NCBI GenBank assembly: GCA_015231605.1 | Contig: JADGBG010000004.1 | Location: forward strand, 44,958 to 68,957 | From: Alphaproteobacteria bacterium | Lineage (GTDB): Bacteria; Pseudomonadota; Alphaproteobacteria; Rhodospirillales; Magnetovibrionaceae | DNA: 24,000 bases | Direction of reading: 5' to 3' | Shown here: piece after piece, positions 1-6,942 of the stretch | Position numbering within the stretch: position 1 is the first letter of the stretch | Layout of the letters: every line of letters begins with the position of its first letter | Program-made: the position numbers and the translations under genes | Notes under the pieces: generated by a model | The model's input: only the letters and a program-made list of their open reading frames with translations | Database searches by the model: none | What the model was told of the DNA's origin: nothing

Positions 1-1
1 C

Positions 2-97
2 GACGCGGCCGCGTTTCTGGCCTCGGACAGGGCGTCCTACATCACGGGTCATGTCCTCAACGTCAACGGGGGCATGTATCTCGGAGCCGGGAGTTAG
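2..97 (+). CDS. 3' end of a short-chain dehydrogenase/reductase (FabG-like); the 5' part lies outside the window
   Basis: Frame 2 reads ...AAAFLASDRASYITGHVLNVNGGMYLGAGS then a TAG stop at 95-97. This FLASD..ASYITG..NV.GG tail is the usual C-terminus of classical SDRs. Only about 31 codons are visible. Confidence 0.6.
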   Translation, partial: DAAAFLASDRASYITGHVLNVNGGMYLGAGS

Positions 98-100
98 GCC

Positions 101-1897
101 TCACTTCCCGTGCGACACGGCCTTGTCCAGCGCGGACTTGAGCGCCGCGGCGACATTGCCCACGCCCGTCCGCGGGGCCAGTTTTTCCGCCGCCCTCGAC
201 ATGTCCCGGCGGAGCTTCCCGTCCGTCAGAAGCCGTTCGATGCGCGTCGCCAAATCATTTTCCGTGACGCTCTTGTGGAGACCCAGGGACACGCTGACGC
301 CCGCGTCCGAAAACGCCTGGGCGGCAAGGGCATGGTCCTCGGTGAGACACAAGAGAATGGACGGCACGCAGCTGGCCGCGAGCTCATAGGCGGTGACGCC
401 GAACGACGCGACGGCCATCTCCATGCCGGACATCAGGCCGGCCATGTCTTCGACATTGCGGTGGATATGGATCGGGACGGAAAACCGCTCGACGACTTTG
501 TCGACAGCGGCCGTTTCCCGGAAGGCGTGGCCCAAAACCACATGGGCTTCGAAATCGGCGCGAACGCGGGCGAGGGCGTCCAGGACCGTGAAGATCATGC
601 CTTGCGGATCCGCCCCGCCCATGGAAACCAGGACACGGGGAACGTCGCCGCGCGGGACCGGCGTTCTTTCACGGGAAAACGACGGGTTGAGCAAGACCCA
701 TTCCCAGCCGACATGCAGCGTTCCGGTGAAGCCGGTCCAGGACATGGACCTGACTTGCGGTACGGGCGGGTAGAACGCCAGGTCACACGCCAAACGGCGG
801 TCCGATGGGTCGTCGATGCAGACGGCGAGCCGCTCCTTGTCGCGCAACCGAGCCACGTCGTCAGGGGACAGGTCCGTGCGGATATCGTAAATGATGGCGT
901 CGCACCGTTGCCGGCCGGCGATCTCCGCCAATTGCAAGGCTTCGCAAGCCCGGGCATCCAGGACATGACAGGGAAAATGGTGGGCGCGCAGGATGGTCTC
1001 CGCGATGGCGTCGTCGGGATCCGGCTGCGCCCTGACGGCGAAACGGCTGCCGACGGAATACCGGTCGCGCAAGGTTTGCGCCAGGGACAGGCAGCGCATG
1101 ACGTGCCCCATGCCCATCCGGCGGCCGCCGTCACAGCGAAATAGGACCGTGTGGGAATAATCATCTGCGGATTTTTGCCGAACGTGCGCGTTGATGGACA
1201 GGAGCTCCGGGCGACGGCGTAGCAAGGCGACCACGTCCGCGACGTCGGCTTCTCCGGGGGCAGCGCCCAAAAGGCCGTAGACGGTATTCATGAATTCGAG
1301 GTCGGCGGGGGTATCCACGGAAATCCGCGCCCCCTCGAAAAAATGATCGGGGCTGAAGGTGATCCAGGCGGCTTTGACGTCGGGTACGTTCTTGCGCAGG
1401 TCCACGGCGACGTGTTCGCGAACCGCAGGGTCGTGTCCGGCAAATTGTTCTTGGGCCTCGAGGGCACGGCGGGACATGGGGGTGAAGCCTTCGTGGATGA
1501 CGATTTGCCCTTGGGAATCCGCCTCGCATATGTCCGCGCCGTCCTTCTTCATGGCGGCCAGCATGGCGTCGATGATCACGGGGTCGACCAGGGGGGAATC
1601 GCCCGTCACCCGCACGATGTAATCCGCGTCGAACTGGCGCGCGGCCATGAGATAGCGGGTCAGGACATCGTCTTCGGGGCCGCGGACGATGGGGGCGTCC
1701 ATGGATCGGGCGAAATCGACAAGGGGATCGTCGATGGCGTTTGTCGACGTTGCGATGATGACGTCGTCGACTTCGCGGCATTTGCGGAGCCGGTGAACGA
1801 TGTGCCACATTACGGGTTTTCCGGCGACGGACTGCAACACCTTGCCGGGAAGCCGGGAAGATCCCATGCGCGCCTGAATGATTGCCGCGGTTCTCAT
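101..1897 (-). CDS. Fusion protein: N-terminal SpsF/FlmC/PseF-like cytidylyltransferase plus C-terminal PseG/FlmD-like glycosyltransferase-fold hydrolase (nonulosonic acid pathway)
   Basis: The N-terminus MRTAAIIQARMGSSRLPGKVL...VRVTGDSPLVDP is the CTP_transf_3 (acylneuraminate cytidylyltransferase/SpsF) signature. From about residue 250, VLFRCDGGRRMGMGHVMRCLSLAQTL matches the PseG N-terminus (C. jejuni [20 protein letters not shown]). I chose the start at 1897 rather than 1945 because it sits 1 nt after the upstream gene's stop and begins at the conserved motif. Confidence 0.75.
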   Translation of the reverse strand: MRTAAIIQARMGSSRLPGKVLQSVAGKPVMWHIVHRLRKCREVDDVIIATSTNAIDDPLVDFARSMDAPIVRGPEDDVLTRYLMAARQFDADYIVRVTGDSPLVDPVIIDAMLAAMKKDGADICEADSQGQIVIHEGFTPMSRRALEAQEQFAGHDPAVREHVAVDLRKNVPDVKAAWITFSPDHFFEGARISVDTPADLEFMNTVYGLLGAAPGEADVADVVALLRRRPELLSINAHVRQKSADDYSHTVLFRCDGGRRMGMGHVMRCLSLAQTLRDRYSVGSRFAVRAQPDPDDAIAETILRAHHFPCHVLDARACEALQLAEIAGRQRCDAIIYDIRTDLSPDDVARLRDKERLAVCIDDPSDRRLACDLAFYPPVPQVRSMSWTGFTGTLHVGWEWVLLNPSFSRERTPVPRGDVPRVLVSMGGADPQGMIFTVLDALARVRADFEAHVVLGHAFRETAAVDKVVERFSVPIHIHRNVEDMAGLMSGMEMAVASFGVTAYELAASCVPSILLCLTEDHALAAQAFSDAGVSVSLGLHKSVTENDLATRIERLLTDGKLRRDMSRAAEKLAPRTGVGNVAAALKSALDKAVSHGK

Positions 1898-1898
1898 G

Positions 1899-2789
1899 TC
1901 ACGGGTTCCAGGTTTGACGCGTCCGTATGATGGGGCGGAGCCCATCGGATGGGTCGGCGCGCCAGTCCCGGTCGGACAGTTCGGATGGCGATGGGGATTT
2001 CACGCCGTCGCCATCGGCCGCGATCCCGGTGCGAATGTCGTCGATGACCGCGCCGATGCGATCGGGAAGCCAGCAGTGCCCCGCGGCGTATTCCTCGCCC
2101 TCGCCATCCAGGTCGAGATGGAATTCAACAGCCGCCGCACCGAACCGATGCACGGCGCGGTGGATCACGCCCGAAGATACGGAATGGTCGGAAAGGCCGA
2201 CGGGCGCGGCGAAGGCCGCGCGCAACGTGTCGATGGCGGAAAGGTTCATTTCCACGGGGGGGGTGGGGTAGCTGGACACGCAGTGCAGCAAGGTGAGATC
2301 CCGGCATCCGGACCCGCGCAGCGTATCGCAGGCATGACCGATTTCATCCATGTCGGCCATCCCGGTGGACAGCACGACGGGTTTGCCCGTCCGTGCGCAC
2401 GCCCTCAGCAAATCGTCCCACAACAGTTCATAGGACGCGATCTTGTAGAAATCGACGAACGGCTCCAGCTCCCCGACCGCGTCCAGATAGAACGGCGTGC
2501 ACGAGAACAGCATGCCGAGCGCGTGGGTACGCTCAGTCAGGGCGGGGAGGAACTCCGGGGGCAATTCCCACTCCGTCCGCGCCCTGTGTCTGGCGCTCCG
2601 TTCGAGAATTTCCGGGGCAAAAAGTTCACGGATGCGGAACAACTGGAACTTGACCGCGCCGCATCCGCAGGCGTGGGCCGTGTCTATGAAATGCAGGCAG
2701 CGATCGAGATCGCGGTGGTGGTTGCTCGAAACTTCGGCAATGAATACGGGGCCGCCGACGCCGGAAAACAGCGGGACCGTCTCAGTCAT
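1899..2789 (-). CDS. NeuB/PseI-family nonulosonic acid synthase-like protein; short form without a recognisable C-terminal SAF domain
   Basis: Motifs seen: IAEVSSNHHRDLDRCLHFIDTAHACGCGAVKFQ, YKIASYEL, GKPVVLSTGMADMDEI, LLHCVSSYPTP and GLSDHS. These are the NeuB/SpsE TIM-barrel motifs. The protein is 296 aa, and its start overlaps the pseB stop by 8 nt (ATGACTGA). Confidence 0.8.
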   Translation of the reverse strand: MTETVPLFSGVGGPVFIAEVSSNHHRDLDRCLHFIDTAHACGCGAVKFQLFRIRELFAPEILERSARHRARTEWELPPEFLPALTERTHALGMLFSCTPFYLDAVGELEPFVDFYKIASYELLWDDLLRACARTGKPVVLSTGMADMDEIGHACDTLRGSGCRDLTLLHCVSSYPTPPVEMNLSAIDTLRAAFAAPVGLSDHSVSSGVIHRAVHRFGAAAVEFHLDLDGEGEEYAAGHCWLPDRIGAVIDDIRTGIAADGDGVKSPSPSELSDRDWRADPSDGLRPIIRTRQTWNP

Positions 2790-3786
2790 CCTTGGCCGTT
2801 CCGATCATCTCCAGCATCTCGTCGTCGCTCACCCAATGGGTATTGGTATCGCTGGAATAGACAAAGTCGTCAGGGACGGGGGTGCTGGCCGGGTGCATGT
2901 CGGCGGCCTTATCCCAGAATACCATGGGGGGCTTGATCACGTAGCAGGTGTCCAGTTCCACGGTGTTGCGGGCGTCGTCGCTGGTGATCATGGTTTCGTG
3001 CAGTTTCTCCCCAGGGCGGATGCCGATCACCTTGGTCGCCATGTCGGGTGCCATCACGCGGGCCAGGTCGGTGATGCGCATGGACGGAATTTTCGGCACG
3101 AAAATCTCGCCGCCCTGCATTCGCGTCAGGGCATTGACGACGAAATCAACCCCTTGGTCCAGGGTGATCCAAAACCGGGTCATCCGTTCGTCCGTAATGG
3201 GAAGATGGTCCGCCCCCCCGGCGATCCGTCTTTGGAAAAAGGGGATGACGCTGCCGCGCGACCCGACCACGTTGCCGTATCGCACCACGGAAAACCGTGC
3301 GCCGCCGCTTCCCGAAAGGCTGTTCGCGGCGGTGAAGATTTTGTCCGCCGCCAGTTTCGTCGCGCCGTAGAGGTTGATGGGGTTCGCTGCCTTGTCCGTG
3401 GACAACGCGACGACGCGCCGTACGCTCGCGCTGATGGCGGCGCGCACCACGTTTTCCGCGCCGATGATGTTGGTGGCGACGAATTCGAAAGGGTTGTATT
3501 CGGCGGCCGGGACCTGTTTCAGGGCCGCGGCGTGAATCACGATGTCGACGCCCCGCATCGCCATCGTCAGGCGGTCGCGGTCGCGCACGTCGCCGATGAA
3601 AAAGCGGATTTTCCGGGAACCCTCGATGCCCGGCATCAGACCCATTTCAAATTGTTTGAGTTCGTCGCGGGAATAGACGATGACGCGCCTCGGCTCGTGC
3701 TCAGACAGCAGCCGACGCACCATGCGCTTGCCGAAGGACCCGGTTCCCCCGGTGATCAGGACGGATTTGTCTTTGAAAATGTCCAT
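2782..3786 (-). CDS. pseB: UDP-N-acetylglucosamine 4,6-dehydratase (inverting), PseB/FlmA/FlaA1 type
   Basis: The sequence MDIFKDKSVLITGGTGSFGKRMVRRLL...VIVYSRDELKQFEM...FFIGDVRDRDRL...VIHAAALKQVPAAEYNP...YGATKLAADKIF is a close match to the PseB/CapD-like extended SDR family. The protein is 334 aa. Confidence 0.9.
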   Translation of the reverse strand: MDIFKDKSVLITGGTGSFGKRMVRRLLSEHEPRRVIVYSRDELKQFEMGLMPGIEGSRKIRFFIGDVRDRDRLTMAMRGVDIVIHAAALKQVPAAEYNPFEFVATNIIGAENVVRAAISASVRRVVALSTDKAANPINLYGATKLAADKIFTAANSLSGSGGARFSVVRYGNVVGSRGSVIPFFQRRIAGGADHLPITDERMTRFWITLDQGVDFVVNALTRMQGGEIFVPKIPSMRITDLARVMAPDMATKVIGIRPGEKLHETMITSDDARNTVELDTCYVIKPPMVFWDKAADMHPASTPVPDDFVYSSDTNTHWVSDDEMLEMIGTAKDD

Positions 3787-3822
3787 GGCGCGGCTCGCTT
3801 TCTGTGGCCGGTGGAGAGGGGG

Positions 3823-4287
3823 TTACTCGGTCGCCTCGACCTCGACCATGTCGACGTCCAAATCATTTTCGGCAAGGAATTGCTTGAGCTGCTGGCTGAA
3901 GGTTTCGAGGACGTCGGCCTCGTAGCGGATCAGGTTCTGCGCTTCCTTGAGCCCCTTGTAGATGCGGTCGGCGTCGATGTTGGACGTCACCTTGTCGGCG
4001 ATGGGCTTGGCCTTCGGACAGGCCGCGATGAACTCGCCAAGCCGTTGTTGGAAGCGCTTCAGGGCCTCGTCGCGCTGGGTCTGTTCCGGAAGGATGTAGG
4101 CGCTTTGCAGTTCGAAATAGACGCGCGACGCGGGCGTCTGCGCGTCCTCCTGGGACAGGACTTCCTTTTCCCGCAGCACGGCGGACTTATTGTGCACCAA
4201 CAGCTTGGTGTTGTGCCCGATGTTTTCCAGGGCGGATCCGTTGATCAGCAGCTTGTCGCCAGCTTTGAAGTCGATCAGGAGTGGCAC
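3823..4287 (-). CDS. flbT: Flagellin synthesis repressor FlbT
   Basis: The sequence MPLLIDFKAGDKLLINGSALENIG...LLVHNKSAVLREKEVLSQEDAQTPASRVYFELQSAYI follows the FlbT family pattern. It has a GTG start preceded by AAGGAAAG. Confidence 0.85.
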   Translation of the reverse strand: MPLLIDFKAGDKLLINGSALENIGHNTKLLVHNKSAVLREKEVLSQEDAQTPASRVYFELQSAYILPEQTQRDEALKRFQQRLGEFIAACPKAKPIADKVTSNIDADRIYKGLKEAQNLIRYEADVLETFSQQLKQFLAENDLDVDMVEVEATE

Positions 4288-4356
4288 GATCTTTCCTTTG
4301 CGTTTGTCAGAGGTCCGTTCTGGCCGGGAACGGGAAAGGGAGGGACGAGGCGCGCG

Positions 4357-5232
4357 TCAGGTGAACAGGTTCATGATGGAGCCCGGCTCGATCTGTCCGC
4401 CTTCCAGGGATTTGCTCAACTGTTCGTTGGCGCTCATCCGGGCTTCGAAGGACAACGAAATCACGCGCAGGATATTCGCGTAATGGGCTTTGATGTCTTC
4501 GATTTCCGCCTCGCGGCGCGCCAATTCCACGTTCGACAGTTGGGTCATGTCGGAAAGTTTGGTGGCGAGATTGGCCGACAGGGTGAGCGAGATGTCGGAA
4601 GCGTTCTCCTTGGTGACGGAGGTGACTTCGTATGCCGTTTCGACCAAGGTCTTGAAGGTGCCCAACGTATCCAGAATTTCCCGGTTGGCGTTGGTCGCGG
4701 CGCCGGGGTCGGTTCCCTCCGGATCGACGACGCCTTCCACCGGGGCCATGTTGCGCAGGGTGGTGAGGTAATTCTTGACGTCGCGGATGATGTCCGTCTG
4801 CACGATGTCGGGATGGATGGTGATCAGCAGGCGCTCAACGTCATCCGCCACCTTGGTGATCTTCGCCGAAAGGGTTTCGACTTCGGCTGCCGTGAGGTTG
4901 GTGTCGTCGTCTCCCGCACTGAAGGCGTCGATGGCTTCCCCAACGGTGTTGGTCATCGTTTCCAGACGGGTCGCGTTGGAGATCAGTTCGGTATGGAACG
5001 AGTCGATCAGCGCCTTGTTCTTTTCGAGCTTTTGATACTCTTTCTCCAAGGCCTGCAAACGGCGCGGCGTGTCATCGTTGGCGATGACCTTGTCGATTTC
5101 CGAATTGATGCGCTTGATGGTCGTTTCCTGGATTTGGCGGAATTGCGTCTCAAATCCGAAACGAAAACTGCCCTGGGCCACCTGTGACAGGATGGTCCCG
5201 AGCTTCGCTCCATAGGTACCTAGCGGGTTCAT
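4357..5232 (-). CDS. Hypothetical all-helical 291-aa protein between flaF and flbT; possible very divergent flagellin-like protein
   Basis: This is a clean ORF with a strong SD (GGAGGTCGGGAAGA-ATG) at the MNPLGTYG start. No family motif was recognised with certainty. The C-terminal segment LSNVELARREAEIEDIKAHYANILRVISLSFEA...SIMNLFT loosely parallels the flagellin CD1/CD0 helices (D.DLAKE.A.L...Q...Q.LSIAN...ILSLFR). Confidence 0.6.
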   Translation of the reverse strand: MNPLGTYGAKLGTILSQVAQGSFRFGFETQFRQIQETTIKRINSEIDKVIANDDTPRRLQALEKEYQKLEKNKALIDSFHTELISNATRLETMTNTVGEAIDAFSAGDDDTNLTAAEVETLSAKITKVADDVERLLITIHPDIVQTDIIRDVKNYLTTLRNMAPVEGVVDPEGTDPGAATNANREILDTLGTFKTLVETAYEVTSVTKENASDISLTLSANLATKLSDMTQLSNVELARREAEIEDIKAHYANILRVISLSFEARMSANEQLSKSLEGGQIEPGSIMNLFT

Positions 5233-5365
5233 TCTTCCCGACCTCCACTTCGGGCGCTTCGCCACGCCCTCTCAACCGTTCTGGTCGATCCTATGCGACA
5301 CCCCTTAACGTAACATCAAACCTCAAGATTTTCAAGCGTAATGCGACATGAGTTTTAAGTGAGAT

Positions 5366-5394
5366 TTGATAAGATACTGCAATTATTGTATAAT
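5366..5394 (+). promoter_or_regulatory. Near-consensus sigma70-type promoter (TTGATA-17 nt-TATAAT) facing the Fic gene
   Basis: TTGATA lies at 5366-5371, followed by a 17-nt spacer and TATAAT at 5389-5394. It sits in an AT-rich trough in otherwise GC-rich DNA, about 140 nt upstream of the proposed fic start. Confidence 0.5.
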
Positions 5395-5531
5395 TATCGG
5401 AAGGAAAACACGAAAATGCTCATCGAGAAGACGCGCACATTTTCCCACAAATGCGTATTTTGGGGAATGTGTGTGGGGTTGTGAGTGAAGAAGGCCTTTT
5501 AAACACCATCAAAAAAATAGTCCATGACGTA

Positions 5532-6173
5532 ATGGAACACAATGCCATGACAGCATCCTCGAACAAGTATAGCGCCAACGACCCAGCCTTCGACGCCGAG
5601 CACGGCGTGCTGAAAAACATGCTGGGGCTCACCAGCGAGGCGGCGTTGCTGCATGCCGAAAGCGAAGCCCTGATCGCGGCCTACGAAGAGGCGGCTTTGG
5701 GGTATTCGGAGCTCCACACCTTCACGGCGGACGACGTATGCCGATTGCATAAACTGTTTCTCGGCGGCATTTTCGAGTGGGCGGGAATGTACCGCACCAT
5801 CGACATCTCGTCGCCGGGCATCCGCTGGTGCCACGCCCAATACATCGACCAGGAGATGGCGCGTTTCGACACTTTGCTACGCGCCGCAACGCCGCTCTCG
5901 CCCAATTTGCCGCATGACGAGATCATTACAAAGGTTGCGGAAATTCACGGTGAATTCATCGCCATTCACCCCTTCCGAGATGGCAATGGACGCACGGGCC
6001 GCATGCTCGCCAACCTGATGCTGATGCAGGCCGAATGCCCGCCGTTTCGCATGGAGCTGTTTGACACTGCGGAAATGCAGGAAAAATACTTCGCCGCGAT
6101 TCGTGACGTGTGGGCGAATGTGGATTACACGAAGCTCACCCGGCTTTTTGCGGAACTGGTGCCGAAGCCGTAG
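5532..6173 (+). CDS. fic: Fic-domain protein (AMPylase-type toxin, class I-like: no internal inhibitory helix motif)
   Basis: It carries the canonical active-site motif HPFRDGNGRTGR (HxFx[D/E]GNGRxxR). The overall layout resembles E. coli Fic and VbhT FIC domains (LHKLFLGGIFEWAGMYRTIDIS). No E-G or E-N dipeptide occurs anywhere in the protein. The start is uncertain: ATG at 5451, 5532 or 5547, none with a convincing SD. Confidence 0.85.
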   Translation: MEHNAMTASSNKYSANDPAFDAEHGVLKNMLGLTSEAALLHAESEALIAAYEEAALGYSELHTFTADDVCRLHKLFLGGIFEWAGMYRTIDISSPGIRWCHAQYIDQEMARFDTLLRAATPLSPNLPHDEIITKVAEIHGEFIAIHPFRDGNGRTGRMLANLMLMQAECPPFRMELFDTAEMQEKYFAAIRDVWANVDYTKLTRLFAELVPKP

Positions 6174-6321
6174 CGCTTGCCTCAGCGGTTTCGAGCTTAC
6201 GCAACTCCTCCAGGCAATCCCGAACGGATTGCCCCATGCCCTCCATATAGGAATCGACAGCAACGGCGCGTAGCACCAGCTTCTTGCGTTCCAATGGATC
6301 GAGACGTTCGTAAAATTTCAT
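6136..6321 (-). CDS. Small VbhA/YhfG-like protein (candidate Fic antitoxin), convergent with fic and overlapping it
   Basis: The 61-aa product is MKFYERLDPLERKKLVLRAVAVDSYMEGMGQSVRDCLEELRKLE.... Compare YhfG ...NFQASRRLEGVEMP...LARLEELR and VbhA ...ALASQRLEGLEP. An AGGAAG SD lies 5 nt before the ATG. The last 38 nt overlap the fic 3' end tail-to-tail. Confidence 0.55.
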   Translation of the reverse strand: MKFYERLDPLERKKLVLRAVAVDSYMEGMGQSVRDCLEELRKLETAEASATASAPVPQKAG

Positions 6322-6393
6322 GGGACTTCCTGTGTTGCTCTGGGGGCATTCTACCATATCCGGACCGGTCACCAAAGCTGGATGCAGGCTGAC

Positions 6394-6843
6394 TTATGCG
6401 TCAGTGTTGAGCCCCGCGGACGCAGGCGCTCCGGGTTGGGAAGCGGGATTGCGGGGCGCGTTGGCGGCCCCTTCGAGCAAGCCTTGAGCGATGTTGCGGT
6501 TGATGTCGATCAGGGTCTTGATCTTTTCCGGATCCAAATCGGTCATGCAAGCGATGGTGTGGTTGTCCACGAATTGACACAGCGTCAGCATGTTCTGGCG
6601 CACATCCATCGGTACCGGATTGGTGTCCAGCGTCAATTCAGCCTGAAAAATGGTCCACAGCCGCCAATTCAGGCGGATGGCGTCGCGCAGTTCCCGCTTC
6701 GCCGCGGGAAGTTGCAGGTCGTCGGCTTCCGCCGCCTTTTCCAGCGCAATGGCGATGCGCCGGGCGGCTTCCGTCAGGGCCCAGGCTTCGGAATGGCTGG
6801 GTGAGCCGGCTTGAGGAACGGAAGAGTAAGTCTGCATCGCCAT
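6394..6843 (-). CDS. flaF: Flagellar biosynthesis regulator FlaF
   Basis: The sequence ...SEAWALTEAARRIA...LRDAIRLNWRLWTIFQAELT...NPVPMDVRQNMLTLCQFVDNHT...LIDINRNIAQGL matches the FlaF family pattern (N.KLWTIF, P.E.R.N...L..FV..HT, LI.IN..IA.GL). Confidence 0.85.
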   Translation of the reverse strand: MAMQTYSSVPQAGSPSHSEAWALTEAARRIAIALEKAAEADDLQLPAAKRELRDAIRLNWRLWTIFQAELTLDTNPVPMDVRQNMLTLCQFVDNHTIACMTDLDPEKIKTLIDINRNIAQGLLEGAANAPRNPASQPGAPASAGLNTDA

Positions 6844-6942
6844 GAAAACCCCACAGTCATTTGGTGCGAATCGCGTATCTGCATCCCTGAGACTACGATA
6901 GATTTGCCGGACCCTTCATGTCCAGCCTCAATCCTTCACCCT

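Noticed and set aside
110-1930. Several plus-strand and alternative minus-frame ORFs over the cytidylyltransferase-PseG fusion gene
   Set aside because: These are shadow ORFs. Only the 101-1897 frame shows the CTP_transf_3 and PseG-like motifs.
4300-4345. Hairpin CCGTTC-ccggcca-GAACGG between the orphan gene and flbT
   Set aside because: The stem is a short 6 bp and no U-tract follows on the transcribed strand. This is insufficient to call a terminator or attenuator.
2497-5187. 896-aa plus-strand ORF spanning the neuB-like, pseB, flbT and orphan genes
   Set aside because: It is an antisense shadow ORF. It runs opposite four minus-strand genes with clear family motifs. Its translation is Arg/Gly/Ala/Val/His-rich with no recognisable motif, and long stop-free antisense frames are expected in GC-rich DNA.
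5293-5348. Direct repeat of the 8-mer ATGCGACA (5293-5300 and 5341-5348) in the leader or promoter region of the orphan helical gene
   Set aside because: A single 8-mer recurring once within about 170 bp is not far from chance expectation. It matches no known operator that I can name.
5416-5484. 22-codon ORF (MLIEKTRTFSHKCVFWGMCVGL) with a GGAAGGA SD just downstream of the sigma70-like promoter; possible leader peptide for fic
   Set aside because: It is too short to evaluate and has no recognisable attenuator structure. It could equally be chance in an AT-rich leader. I note it only as something ribosome profiling could settle.
6844-6942. Sigma28-like match (TAAA-N15-GCTGGACA) in the flgL-flaF gap
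   Set aside because: Only about half of the -10 element (GCCGATAA) matches. flaF may simply be co-transcribed with flgKL.
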